Source of the DNA: an uncultured Nitrospiraceae bacterium
Lineage (GTDB): Bacteria; Nitrospirota; Nitrospiria; Nitrospirales; Nitrospiraceae
DNA length: 64,000 bases
NCBI GenBank assembly: GCA_963706325.1
Contig: CAVPLT010000004.1
Span: forward strand, 800,001-864,000
Direction: 5' to 3'
A model generated the notes under the pieces. That model searched no databases, was not told the origin of the DNA, and saw nothing but the letters and a program-made list of their open reading frames with translations. This document shows, piece after piece, positions 40,159-55,505 of the stretch. A program made the translations under genes and the position numbers. Each line of letters begins with the position of its first letter. Position 1 is the stretch's first letter.

Positions 40159-40202
40159 AGTCTAGCAACATGTCGGAAATCTCTAACTAGGCAAGGCCCT
40201 AG
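40159..40202 (-). promoter_or_regulatory. CTAG-N8-CTAG box (40187-40202) and extended -10 TGcTAGACT
   Basis: ACTAGGCAAGGCCCTAGT; 22-nt spacer. Confidence 0.75.
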
Positions 40203-40619
40203 TCATGATGGATTGTGATCCCAGCAGGATGAGCCGAAGCTGGTGCATGCGATGTTGATGTGTCGCGCATTTTCGAGCTGGCATAGCTGTCAAGTACTAT
40301 ACGTAGTTGTGGTATCGGTTTCCGGTGCCCGTCGCATGTCTAGGTGAAAACTCCAGGTATGAGACTGTTCGGCCGATGGGCTCATGGCAGCCCGCACGGT
40401 GCTGCGTAGCGTGATATATCGGATCGATTCCGTGATCTTTGAGTTGATCCGTTCAATGAAGTGTGGGAGGATTGCCGACACACAATCGATGGGCTCCCTA
40501 TGCAGGCGAAAAGAGCCCTGCATGGTCAGCGCCATCGAGGGCAATTACAGAATGGCTCTACGAAAAGATATGCACTTTACACAGGCTGATTGATTGACTT
40601 AGCGGAGGGAGAAGAGCCG

Positions 40620-41030
40620 ATGCCGACAACGACGCAATTCGTGGTGAGTGGACAGAGCAAGCCAGGGGTGCTGGCCGAGGTGGCTGCGGTGCTGGGAGCA
40701 GCGGGGGTCAACATCAAGGCATTCTCGGCGCCAGAGGTCACCGGTCCGGGCAAGCTGCGGTTGATCGTGGCGGATGTCGATGCCGCGCGTATCGCATTGC
40801 GGAAATCCAAGATCAAGTTCCGCGAAGAGACGGCATTAATTTTGAGCTTGGAAAACAAACCGGGGGCGTTGAAACAGGTGGCGGATTCCCTCACCAGAGC
40901 CCGCATCAATGTGAAATGCGGGTATTGCACCCCCTCACGGGAAGGCAAGCGGGCCATTGTGGTGCTGACCGTCTCGAACACTACTAAGGCGCTCGGGGTC
41001 CTACGCACCCAATCACTGGATGAGTTTTAG
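40620..41030 (+). CDS. Tandem ACT-domain protein
   Basis: SKPGVLAEVAAVLGAAGVNI; ENKPGALKQVADSL..ARINV. Confidence 0.88.
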   Translation: MPTTTQFVVSGQSKPGVLAEVAAVLGAAGVNIKAFSAPEVTGPGKLRLIVADVDAARIALRKSKIKFREETALILSLENKPGALKQVADSLTRARINVKCGYCTPSREGKRAIVVLTVSNTTKALGVLRTQSLDEF

Positions 41031-41041
41031 TCCCTCTCACC

Positions 41042-41743
41042 ATGGAGGAGAAGAGGACAGACAGCCATCGTCATCTTCTTCTCCTCCTTCTTTTTCTCGC
41101 CGCATGGTTTAGTGGCTGCTCCGGCGGGAGCCCGGTGCGGCCGTCCTATCCGCCTGGTTACCCGCTGGGATATGTCGAGCGGGGGAGCGCCTCCTGGTAT
41201 GGGCCGGGCTTCCACGGTAATCGCACCGCGAACGGTGAGCGGTATGATATGCATCAACTGACGGCGGCGCATCGTACATTGCCGCTCGGATCGGTGGCTG
41301 AAGTGCGATCCTTGTCCACCGGCCGCCAGGTGACGGTGCGCATCAACGATCGAGGTCCATTTGCGCGTGGGAGAATTCTGGATTTATCCTTTGCCGGCGC
41401 CCAGGCGATGGGCATGATCGCCCGCGGCACGGACGATATCGAGCTGCGCGTCATCCGTTACCAAGGAAAGGCCGGGGAATTTGGGGTCATGCGGGTCCAG
41501 GTTGGTTCATTTGCTGATCCGGCCAATGCGCGCGTCTTACTGGAGCGGCTGAAGGGGCGCTACCCAGGTTCGAGGGCGGTATCGGTCGATTTACCTGAGG
41601 GCCGTCGCTATCGGGTCTATGCCGGTCAGTTCCAGACGGAGTCTGCGGCTGAGCAGGCTGCGGCTCAGCTAAGAAGGAGCTTGGATACCGATCCGTTTAT
41701 CATCCGGGATGACACTGAGAGACTCACGACAGGGGATCCATAA
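41042..41743 (+). CDS. rlpA: RlpA-family lytic transglycosylase lipoprotein with SPOR domain
   Basis: FSGC lipobox; GSASWYGPGFHGNRTANGE, TAAHRTLPLG, RINDRGPF; VQVGSF. Confidence 0.92.
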   Translation: MEEKRTDSHRHLLLLLLFLAAWFSGCSGGSPVRPSYPPGYPLGYVERGSASWYGPGFHGNRTANGERYDMHQLTAAHRTLPLGSVAEVRSLSTGRQVTVRINDRGPFARGRILDLSFAGAQAMGMIARGTDDIELRVIRYQGKAGEFGVMRVQVGSFADPANARVLLERLKGRYPGSRAVSVDLPEGRRYRVYAGQFQTESAAEQAAAQLRRSLDTDPFIIRDDTERLTTGDP

Positions 41744-42010
41744 GGGCGACGGCCTGAAAGTACACAACAGAAAGGCCTGATTTGGTGATTCGATATCCCG
41801 CAGGTGGAAGTACTGTAACCCTTGATGCGCCTCGCTGCCTATGCTATCTGTAGAGCTGATGGATGACAGTGACCCGAGAAGACCGTTTCCCGTCATCTTC
41901 CCACGCTCCAGGGTAAGCCTTGCAAATCGGACCACGGGCTCCGAATTGATCCAAGGATCCGTCAGTTACACCCATTACTGCGTCCGGCTCTTACACCCTC
42001 AATAGGTCTT

Positions 42011-47218
<5,208 letters not shown>

Positions 47219-47219
<1 letters not shown>

Positions 47220-48178
47220 TATCGGCCAGGATGTAGAGGGTCATCGCTCTCGAAGAAAAAATCGCCTAACCCTTGAGGCAAGGCCTGGTCGCCGAGGGCG
47301 CGCTTGCGCCGCCGCGACTGAGTCGGCAAATCCAGGGCCTCTTCGCCCAGCACCTTGAGGAGGGATTCACGCCAGGCAGCATCGGCAGAAAGCGGGTCAG
47401 CCGGATCCTGCGCACGACGTTTCAGGGCGTATTGCAGGAGGTGGATCCCATCGCGAACCGAATAGTCGAGATTGAGTTGGTGGGCCTCCTGAAGAAATTC
47501 GACGGTCACAGCGAGCATCTCCGCCGGAGCAAAGGGCAGATGGTAGCGTAGAATCGCCAACTCATCCTCGCGAGCGGGAAATCCCATGCCCAGCGTCGGC
47601 TGCAGGCGTGACAGAATATAGTCTGGAATCTCATACGTCGAGGCGTCCTCGTTCATGGTGACGCAGCAGCGAAAATCCGCATGGGCCTTGATCAGAATTC
47701 CGGCGATGATCGACTCTACGCAACGCCGGTGATCCAGCAGTGGAGCCAAGGACGCCCAGCTCTTCTCATTCATGCGGTTGCCCTCGTCCAGCACGCAAAT
47801 ACTGCCTGTCAGCACCGCGGTGATTAAGGGGGATGCGTGGTAGCTGATGGTGCCTGACTCAGCCAGCACGGGCGTTATCAGCAAATCTTCGGGACGCGTG
47901 TCCGCTGTGCACTGAAAAATATACAGATCTTGTTTTCGTTCTCGTGCGCCGGCCATCGCCAATGTGGTTTTGCCGATTCCTGGTTGGCCGGTGATACGTG
48001 GCGACAGGGGCAGATCGCGCTCATCGATGACCAGCCAGCAGGCCAGTAGTTGTTTAAGTGTTTCCCGGTTCCCGATCCATTCTTGGCCCATCGTCATGGG
48101 TTGCGCGAGGTGCAGGGTGATGCCTTCAATAGCGAGGGTGCGAGACGCCGACGGTGTTGCGCTGGATGACATGGTCAT
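47219..48178 (-). CDS. AAA+ ATPase (MoxR/AAA_5-like)
   Basis: Walker A GQPGIGKT; Walker [22 protein letters not shown]. Confidence 0.85.
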
Positions 48179-48406
48179 TGTGTGGGCCGATTGGTTAGAA
48201 TAGGTGCAAATCTGTTGCGACCGTAGCATAGGGGCGGGGAGAGGGTCAAACGAAGGTCCGGCCCAAATCTCTTTGACTTTCGCTGCCTTGGACCGTATTC
48301 TTACCACTCTCGCAAGCCGCGAAGGCGAATCGGACGAACCACCCACTTGCTCGTCTCGATCGCATGCGGAAGCAACCCATGCATATCAGCGCAGCCAAGG
48401 AGCCAC

Positions 48407-49093
48407 ATGATGAGCGAGCGTAACGGACAGATGAGACGCGCAGTTAGAGTTCCCATCGGGTTGCTCATGGTAGGTAGTCTGACCCTGAGCGGATGCGTCA
48501 TGTCGGAGAAATATGAAGCGGAGAAGGCGCGCAGTCTGAATTTTCAGCGGCTTCTGGCGCAAGAGGAAAAGCGAAGTTCAGAACTTGATAGTGAAGTAAA
48601 GCGCGCCAAGCGCGAACTCGGCGACTATGAAGCGCGGAATCGGGAGCTCGGCGCCCAAGTGGAGGCGGTACGCCAGCAAGCGGCTCAGATTCAGGAAGAG
48701 GCTCAAGCTATGAAGGAAGCATCGCTGTTGGAGAAGCGCGCGCATGAAGATATGAAGCGCCTCACCACCATCCCGTCAAGGGGGAAAAAGGCAGCCCAAG
48801 CGGCGAAGAAAGATTTTTCTGCCGCTGTCGATGAGGCGTTGAAAACAGATGTGTCCTCAGAATTGAAGATGGAATCGACGAAAGAGGTCCTTGGCCAGGA
48901 GTCTACTGCTTTGGATGCCTTCAGCGCCGATCTGTCTCCTGAGGCCGCCGACACTCATACGGTGCGGGCCGGCGACACGCTCTATCGTATCGGTCAGAAA
49001 TATCATGTCGGGGTCGACAAGTTACGCAAGTGGAACAACCTCACGAAGGACAACATTGAAGTGGGACAGAAGCTGATCGTCAGCCGACCCTAA
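48407..49093 (+). CDS. Coiled-coil LysM lipoprotein
   Basis: LSGC lipobox; coiled coil; HTVRAGDTLYRIGQKY...WNNL..IEVGQKL. Confidence 0.85.
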   Translation: MMSERNGQMRRAVRVPIGLLMVGSLTLSGCVMSEKYEAEKARSLNFQRLLAQEEKRSSELDSEVKRAKRELGDYEARNRELGAQVEAVRQQAAQIQEEAQAMKEASLLEKRAHEDMKRLTTIPSRGKKAAQAAKKDFSAAVDEALKTDVSSELKMESTKEVLGQESTALDAFSADLSPEAADTHTVRAGDTLYRIGQKYHVGVDKLRKWNNLTKDNIEVGQKLIVSRP

Positions 49094-49113
49094 CGCTCGC
49101 GATCTGTAACGGG

Positions 49114-50611
49114 ATGAACAAGCCTCACTATTCTCTGACACTGGATGAGTTTCGCGCCCTCGCGGCTGAAGGCAACCTGATCCCGCTCTTTCGCGAAATT
49201 TTGGCGGACTATGAAACGCCTGTGTCGGCGTTCGCCAAAATCGATCATGGGCCGACGGCCTATCTGCTGGAGAGCATTGCGGGCGGAGAAAACTGGGCGC
49301 GGTATTCATTTTTGGGAAGCGGATCTTCGGCGGTGATCCACGAAGAAAACGGCGATTTACGGGTGACGCGGGGGAAGAAAAGCCTGCTGCTCCAAAGCGG
49401 AGGCAATCCACTGGAGCGATTACGCGAGTTGATGGAAGAATACCGACCGGTGACCGTGCCGGGCTTGCCGCGGTTCGTCGGCGGAGCCGTGGGTTATTTC
49501 AGCTACGATATGGTGCGGAGCTTCGAGGAGCTCCCCACTGCTCGCAGGGAGAGCGTCGGACATGCCGGACCTCGCGTTTCTCCTGACGGACACGTTGCTG
49601 ATCTTTGACAATGTCTCGCAGAAGATCAAAGTGGTGGCCAACGCCTATGTGGAGTCGTCGAAGGAGCGGGACGTACGCGACGCCTATCGGCATGCGACCG
49701 CAAGAATCGAAAAGATGATCACGCGCTTGAAGCGGCCTGTGCGGCAGCCTCGGCAAAAACGGCGCCGCAAGCCCATTACGTTTACGCCGAACATGAACAA
49801 GGCCGACTTCGAAAAGATGGTCGTGCGGACGAAGGAGTATATCCTCGCCGGAGACATCGTGCAGGCCGTCCTGTCCCAGCGATGGGAAACGCAAATCCAT
49901 ACCACGCCGTTTCAGCTCTACCGTGCCCTACGGGTGATCAATCCCTCGCCTTATATGTACTATTTGCGCGTGGCCGGTGTGGAATTGGTCGGCTCGTCGC
50001 CCGAAACGCTGGTCCGTTGCGAGGATGGGCATATCTCGTTGCGTCCCATTGCCGGCACGCGCCGTCGTGGCCAGACCGGGCAAGAAGACCAGGAACTCGG
50101 ACGCCAATTGTTGGCGGATGAGAAGGAGCGGGCTGAACATGTCATGCTGGTGGATCTGGGGCGGAATGACGTGGGACGGATTGCGGCGCGCGGTTCGGTA
50201 AAGGTGGACTCGCTGATGCAGGTCGAACGATATTCTCACGTCATGCACATCGTCTCGCAGGTCACGGGGGAGCTGGAGAAAGGCAAGTCGGTGTATGATG
50301 TCATGCGAGCCTGCTTTCCAGCCGGAACCGTGTCCGGCGCGCCCAAAATTCGCGCGATGGAGATCATCGAAGAACTGGAGCCGACTCGCCGCGGGCCTTA
50401 TGCCGGGGCGGTGGGCTACTTTGGATTTTCAGGCAATATGGATCTGTGCATCAACATCCGCACCGTCGTCATCAAGGGCCGTCAGGCCTATATTCAGGCC
50501 GGCGCCGGCATCGTCGCCGATTCAATTCCTGAGCATGAATACGAAGAGACCTGTAATAAGGCGCGGGCGATGATGAAAGCGATCGAGCTCGCCGAGCAAG
50601 GGTTGGAGTGA
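49114..50611 (+). CDS. trpE: Anthranilate synthase component I; frameshift at ~49560
   Basis: ETPVSAF, YLLES, GGAVGYFSYD; NPSPYMY, PIAGTRRRG, EHVMLVDLGRND, GTVSGAPK. Confidence 0.93.
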
Positions 50612-50612
50612 G

Positions 50613-50700
50613 CACGTCAATCGTCAATCGTGAAGCGTGAAGCGCCGGAACGGCAGGTCGACGAGACACGATTCACGAACAACGAGCGTCGGGTAGGTCT
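50613..50700. repeat. Heptamer (CGTCAAT/CGTGAAG) tandem and inverted low-complexity repeat
   Basis: cgtcaat cgtcaat cgtgaag cgtgaag ... gattcacg aacaacg. Confidence 0.6.
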
Positions 50701-50701
50701 T

Positions 50702-51265
50702 ATGTTGTTGATGATCGATAATTACGACTCCTTCACCTATAACCTCGTGCAATATTTCGGCGAGTTGGGGGAAGATGTCCAGGTCTATCGCAACGACAAG
50801 ATTTCCCTCTCTGAAATCGACGCGCTTAAGCCCCGCCGCCTGGTCATTTCTCCCGGTCCCTGTACGCCGAAAGAAGCGGGTATTTCCGTGGAGGCGATCC
50901 GTTACTTCGGCGGAAAATTGCCATTGCTCGGGGTCTGTCTGGGCCACCAATCTCTCGCCGTGGCTTTCGGCGGTGAAGTGATCCGCGCGGAACGTCTCAT
51001 GCACGGAAAAACTTCCATGGTTCGGCATGACGGGCGTACGATCTTTCGCAAGCTTCCCAACCCCTTTGAGGCGACCCGCTACCATTCACTCATCGTGAAC
51101 CGCAAGACCTTGCCGGACTGTTTTCAAGTCAGCGCTGAAACGGCTGAAGGGGAGATTATGGGGATGCGGCACAAGACGCTGGGTATCGAAGGTGTGCAAT
51201 TCCATCCCGAGTCGATCCTCACCACCGCCGGCAAGGAGCTGCTGCGAAACTTCCTGAAGTTGTAG
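50702..51265 (+). CDS. trpG: Anthranilate synthase component II (glutamine amidotransferase)
   Basis: [36 protein letters not shown]. Confidence 0.95.
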   Translation: MLLMIDNYDSFTYNLVQYFGELGEDVQVYRNDKISLSEIDALKPRRLVISPGPCTPKEAGISVEAIRYFGGKLPLLGVCLGHQSLAVAFGGEVIRAERLMHGKTSMVRHDGRTIFRKLPNPFEATRYHSLIVNRKTLPDCFQVSAETAEGEIMGMRHKTLGIEGVQFHPESILTTAGKELLRNFLKL

Positions 51266-51306
51266 CGGCGCCATCGACCGGCTGTCGCCAGCCATCAGTT
51301 CTTGAA

Positions 51307-52356
51307 ATGATCAAAGACGCGCTGCAAAAATTGGCCGATCGTGCCAATCTTACGGAACTGGAAGCCGACACCGTCATGGGTGAAATCATGGACGGCACGG
51401 CGAGCGCCGCCCAGATCGCAGCCTACCTCATGGGACTGCGAATGAAAGGCGAAACCGTTGAGGAAATTGCCGGCTCCGTGCAGGCGATGCGTGTTCGCGC
51501 GACCAAGATCCGGGTGGGCGACCTCCAGGTGGTAGACACCTGCGGGACGGGTGGGGACTGCGCGCACACGTTTAACATTTCAACCACCGCGGCCTTCGTC
51601 GTGGCTGGGGCTGGCCTGACGGTCGCGAAGCACGGCAATCGCTCGGTGTCATCCAAGTGCGGGAGCGCCGACGTCTTAGCGGCGTTGGGTGTACAGATCG
51701 ATCTTCCGCCCGAGCTGGTAGCGGATTGTGTGAACGAGATCGGGATTGGATTTCTCTTCGCCCCGCTCTACCACCGCGCCATGAAACACTGCGCTCTTCC
51801 CAGGCAGGAGCTGGGAATTCGCACCTTACTCAACATCCTCGGGCCACTGACAAACCCTGCGGGAGCTCGGTTGCAGGTCGTCGGCGTGTTCGATGCCGGA
51901 TTGACAGAGCTATTGGCCAAAGTGCTGGTGCATTTGGGTGCGCAGCACTGCTTTGTCGTCCATGGTATGGATGGGTTGGACGAGATCACGTTGACCGATC
52001 GAACCAGAATTTCAGAAGGCAAGGCGGGGGTGGTCTCAAGCTATCTGGTCGATCCATCTGAATTCGGCCTGCAACGGGTCAACCCGAAGGACCTCGTCGG
52101 CGGCGGGGTGGAAGACAATGCGGCGATGACCCGTGACATTCTTCGAGGGCGGAAGGGGCCGAAACGCGACATCGTGTGTCTGAATGCGGCGCCGGCGTTG
52201 GTGGCTGGACGTAAAGCGAAGACCCTGCAGGAAGGATTTCTGCTGGCCCAACGAACGATTGAGACGGGTGCCGCGATGGATAAATTGGAGAGACTCATCG
52301 GCTTTACAAAAAAGGCAGAACCGTATCGTGATTCTGGATCAAATTCTCGAACATAA
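51307..52356 (+). CDS. trpD: Anthranilate phosphoribosyltransferase
   Basis: DTCGTGGD, NISTT, KHGNRSVSSKCGSADVL, GPLTNPA. Confidence 0.96.
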   Translation: MIKDALQKLADRANLTELEADTVMGEIMDGTASAAQIAAYLMGLRMKGETVEEIAGSVQAMRVRATKIRVGDLQVVDTCGTGGDCAHTFNISTTAAFVVAGAGLTVAKHGNRSVSSKCGSADVLAALGVQIDLPPELVADCVNEIGIGFLFAPLYHRAMKHCALPRQELGIRTLLNILGPLTNPAGARLQVVGVFDAGLTELLAKVLVHLGAQHCFVVHGMDGLDEITLTDRTRISEGKAGVVSSYLVDPSEFGLQRVNPKDLVGGGVEDNAAMTRDILRGRKGPKRDIVCLNAAPALVAGRKAKTLQEGFLLAQRTIETGAAMDKLERLIGFTKKAEPYRDSGSNSRT

Positions 52357-53152
52357 GCGAGCAGAGCTCCGGCGAAAAAACAGCCGAGGGTATCTCGCGG
52401 ACCTGAAGAACAAAATCCGCGATGCCGGGCCGACGATGGGATTTGCTGTGACCCTCGATGCGCGGCGAACGGCAGCCAAACCCGCTCTCATTGCTGAAGT
52501 GAAGAAGGCTTCGCCTAGTTTGGGGCTCCTGCGGCCTGAGTTCGCGCAACGGTTCGAGCCGGTGACCATTGCGGAAGGTTATCGTGAGCACGGCGCTGCG
52601 GCCGTCTCCGTGCTGACGGATAAAGATTTCTTTCAGGGAAGTCTGGACTATTTGGCTGCGGTGAAACAGAAGGTTGGACTTCCGGCGTTGAACAAAGAGT
52701 TCATGGTCGCGGATGTTCAATTCTACGAGGCGCGTGCCTATGGGGCGGACGCGGTGCTATTGATCGTGGCTGGTCTGGAGAAACGACAGCTCGTAGACTT
52801 TGCGGCCCTAGCCAAGGAGTTGTCGCTCGACGTGCTGGTGGAGACGCACCACGAGCGGGAGTTGGATATTGTGCTGGAGTGGTTGCCCGACGTGCGGCTA
52901 ATCGGCATCAACAATCGTGACCTCAAGACGTTTTCAACGGATCTCCAGGTCACCGTTCGGCTGGCGAAGCGTATTCCCGGCGACAAGTTGATCGTCAGTG
53001 AGAGCGGAATTCACAAACGGGACGATGTCGTCCGGCTGGTGGAGGCAGGCGTGCATGCCATGCTGATCGGGGAGTCGCTCATCAGAGCCCAGGATGTCGG
53101 CGCGAAAATTCGTGAGCTGCTGGGAACCGAGGCGAAAAAGGAGACGCGATGA
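52328..53152 (+). CDS. trpC: Indole-3-glycerol phosphate synthase
   Basis: IAEVKKASPS, SVLTDKDFFQGS, GINNRDL, VSESGI. Confidence 0.95.
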   Translation: MILDQILEHKRAELRRKNSRGYLADLKNKIRDAGPTMGFAVTLDARRTAAKPALIAEVKKASPSLGLLRPEFAQRFEPVTIAEGYREHGAAAVSVLTDKDFFQGSLDYLAAVKQKVGLPALNKEFMVADVQFYEARAYGADAVLLIVAGLEKRQLVDFAALAKELSLDVLVETHHERELDIVLEWLPDVRLIGINNRDLKTFSTDLQVTVRLAKRIPGDKLIVSESGIHKRDDVVRLVEAGVHAMLIGESLIRAQDVGAKIRELLGTEAKKETR

Positions 53153-53463
53153 TGCGGATGTGTGTCGTGGCGGTCTCGGCCATGTTGCTGACCCTTGCGG
53201 GCTGCGTCAATCAAGAGGTTCATGAATACTCGCCCAAGTGGGATTCCTGGATGGGGAGCAGCAAAGACGATCGCATCAAGGAAATGGGCATTCCCACCAG
53301 GTGTCATTCCTTCAAGGACGGCGGGGAAGTGTGCGAGTGGTCGGTGCCTCAGCAGGACGGGCGACAGGACCTGATCGGGCTGACGTTCAACGCAAAAGGG
53401 CAGGCCTGTCACTGGTCCTACCGCGGGTTTTACGGCATGCAGAAGAGCAAGACGAGCTGTTAA
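53149..53463 (+). CDS. Hypothetical small lipoprotein inside the trp operon
   Basis: LAGC lipobox; RBS AAGGAG; ATGA overlap with trpC. Confidence 0.75.
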   Translation: MMRMCVVAVSAMLLTLAGCVNQEVHEYSPKWDSWMGSSKDDRIKEMGIPTRCHSFKDGGEVCEWSVPQQDGRQDLIGLTFNAKGQACHWSYRGFYGMQKSKTSC

Positions 53464-53467
53464 GGCC

Positions 53468-54100
53468 ATGACGGTCAAGATCAAAATCTGCGGACTCACG
53501 AACGCCGAAGATGCAGCGGTGGCCGTCGAGGCCGGCGCGGATGCAATCGGGTTTGTCTTCCATAAGAAGAGCCCGCGCTGTGCGGAGTCGGCGGTTGCGA
53601 AGGCGATCGTCAAGACGCTTCCCCCGTTTGTGTTGGCTGTCGGCGTGTTCGTGAATGAAGAGGCGAAGGTGGTTCGCGACCTCATGGACAGTTGCGGCTT
53701 GGCGCTCGCGCAACTCCACGGCGATGAAACCGCGGCCTATTGCGAGGCGCTCGGGCGTCCGCTGCTGAAGGCGATTCGCCTCCAGGATCGTCGATCGTTC
53801 TTGCCCTTGGCCGAGTTTCAGGGCCGCGCCGGTGTGAGAGGGTTTCTGGTGGATGCCTTTTCGCCCGATGCGTATGGAGGCACGGGGCGGGTTACAGATT
53901 GGTCGCTGGCCGCTGAAGCGGCATCAACTACTACCATTCTGCTGGCAGGGGGACTGACGCCGGAAAACGTGGCACAAGCCATTCGACAGGTCATGCCGTA
54001 CGGCGTCGATGTCAGCAGCGGCGTCGAAGCGAGTCCGGGCAGGAAAGATCACGACAGGGTGCGGGCGTTCGTACAGGCTGTCAGACTTGTGTCATCATAG
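53468..54100 (+). CDS. trpF: Phosphoribosylanthranilate isomerase
   Basis: KIKICGLT, QLHGDE, GGTG, LAGGLTPENV, GVDVSSGVE. Confidence 0.96.
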   Translation: MTVKIKICGLTNAEDAAVAVEAGADAIGFVFHKKSPRCAESAVAKAIVKTLPPFVLAVGVFVNEEAKVVRDLMDSCGLALAQLHGDETAAYCEALGRPLLKAIRLQDRRSFLPLAEFQGRAGVRGFLVDAFSPDAYGGTGRVTDWSLAAEAASTTTILLAGGLTPENVAQAIRQVMPYGVDVSSGVEASPGRKDHDRVRAFVQAVRLVSS

Positions 54101-54146
54101 TTTCAGCGTTTATACTTTTATTCTTTAAACAGCTGAAGGAAAGTAT

Positions 54147-55337
54147 ATGGCGATACCAGATCGACATGGGCGGTTCGGACCTTACGGTGGTCGGTATGTG
54201 CCCGAAACCCTGATGCCGGCCTTGTTGGAATTGGAAGAGGTCTATCAAGGCACACATCGGGACAAGCGATTCCAAGCCGAGCTCAAACACTATCTGAAAG
54301 ACTATGTCGGACGTCCCACCCCGCTATATTTTGCAGAGAGGCTGACGAAACGCCTGGGCGGCGCCAAAATTTATCTCAAGCGCGAAGACCTCTGTCATAC
54401 CGGCGCCCACAAGATCAACAATGCCATTGGGCAGGCGTTACTTGCGAAGCGTATGAAGAAGCCCCGTCTCATTGCTGAGACCGGGGCGGGTCAGCATGGC
54501 GTGGCGACCGCGACCGTGGCGGCCATGTTCGGTCTGGAATGCGAGATTTATATGGGGACCGAGGACATGCAACGGCAGGCGTTGAATGTCTTTCGGATGC
54601 GATTGCTCGGCGCGACCGTCACGGGGGTCGATGCCGGTAGCCGCACGCTGAAGGACGCCATCAGCGAAGCTATGCGCGATTGGACCACGAACGTGGCGAC
54701 GACTCATTACGTGCTGGGGTCCGTACTCGGCGCGCATCCCTATCCGATGATGATCAGAGATTTTCAGTCGGTGATCGGGCGGGAAGCCCGCAAGCAGATT
54801 CTGGCCGCGGAAGGCCGCCTGCCTGATGCTCTTATCGCTTGCGTCGGCGGTGGAAGCAATGCGATTGGACTGTTTCACGCCTTTGTCCCGGATAAGAAGG
54901 TCAGGTTGGTCGGTGTCGAAGCGGGAGGCCTGGGCATCGAAAGCGGGAAACATGCGGCACGGTTTGCGGGTGGCCGGCCGGGTGTACTCCAAGGCACAAT
55001 GACCTATCTGCTTCAGGACGATAACGGCCAGGTCAATCTGACGCATTCCGTATCGGCCGGCCTGGACTATGCGGCGGTAGGGCCTGAACACAGTTTTCAC
55101 AAAGAAACGAACCGTGCTCAATATACGTCCGTGACGGACGATGAGGCTTTAGCGGCGTTTGATCTGCTCGCGCGGGAGGAGGGAATTATGCCGGCGCTGG
55201 AGAGTGCTCACGCTATTGCCGAGGTGATGCGATCGGCCCCAAAAATGAAGAAAAGCCAAGTCCTCATTGTGAACTTATCTGGGCGCGGAGATAAGGACGT
55301 GCAGCAGGTCGCCAGGATGAAAGGCGTGACTCTGTAG
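54147..55337 (+). CDS. trpB: Tryptophan synthase beta chain
   Basis: [38 protein letters not shown]. Confidence 0.98.
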   Translation: MAIPDRHGRFGPYGGRYVPETLMPALLELEEVYQGTHRDKRFQAELKHYLKDYVGRPTPLYFAERLTKRLGGAKIYLKREDLCHTGAHKINNAIGQALLAKRMKKPRLIAETGAGQHGVATATVAAMFGLECEIYMGTEDMQRQALNVFRMRLLGATVTGVDAGSRTLKDAISEAMRDWTTNVATTHYVLGSVLGAHPYPMMIRDFQSVIGREARKQILAAEGRLPDALIACVGGGSNAIGLFHAFVPDKKVRLVGVEAGGLGIESGKHAARFAGGRPGVLQGTMTYLLQDDNGQVNLTHSVSAGLDYAAVGPEHSFHKETNRAQYTSVTDDEALAAFDLLAREEGIMPALESAHAIAEVMRSAPKMKKSQVLIVNLSGRGDKDVQQVARMKGVTL

Positions 55338-55461
55338 CAGGATGTTGAAAACGGCCGGCAGCTTTGTTCTCGCGGCGCTCAGAGGCTCGACGTACCGGCT
55401 GGAGTACGCCTCACCTCTTCGCTTGCTGCGGCCGCGCTGGCAGCCCTTTTGAACATCCTGC
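55337..55461. repeat. ~125-bp MITE/REP-like element with terminal inverted repeats
   Basis: GCAGGATGTTGAAAA...TTTTGAACATCCTGC; related copy at 61569-61694. Confidence 0.82.
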
Positions 55462-55505
55462 AAGGAAGATTGTGAGAGACTAGCGAGAGGCACAGGTATA
55501 CCGAT

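Noticed and set aside
41850..42010. Possible metal-sensing riboswitch upstream of the CNNM transporter
   Set aside because: Could not match M-box, yybP-ykoY or NiCo consensus by eye; an Rfam scan is needed
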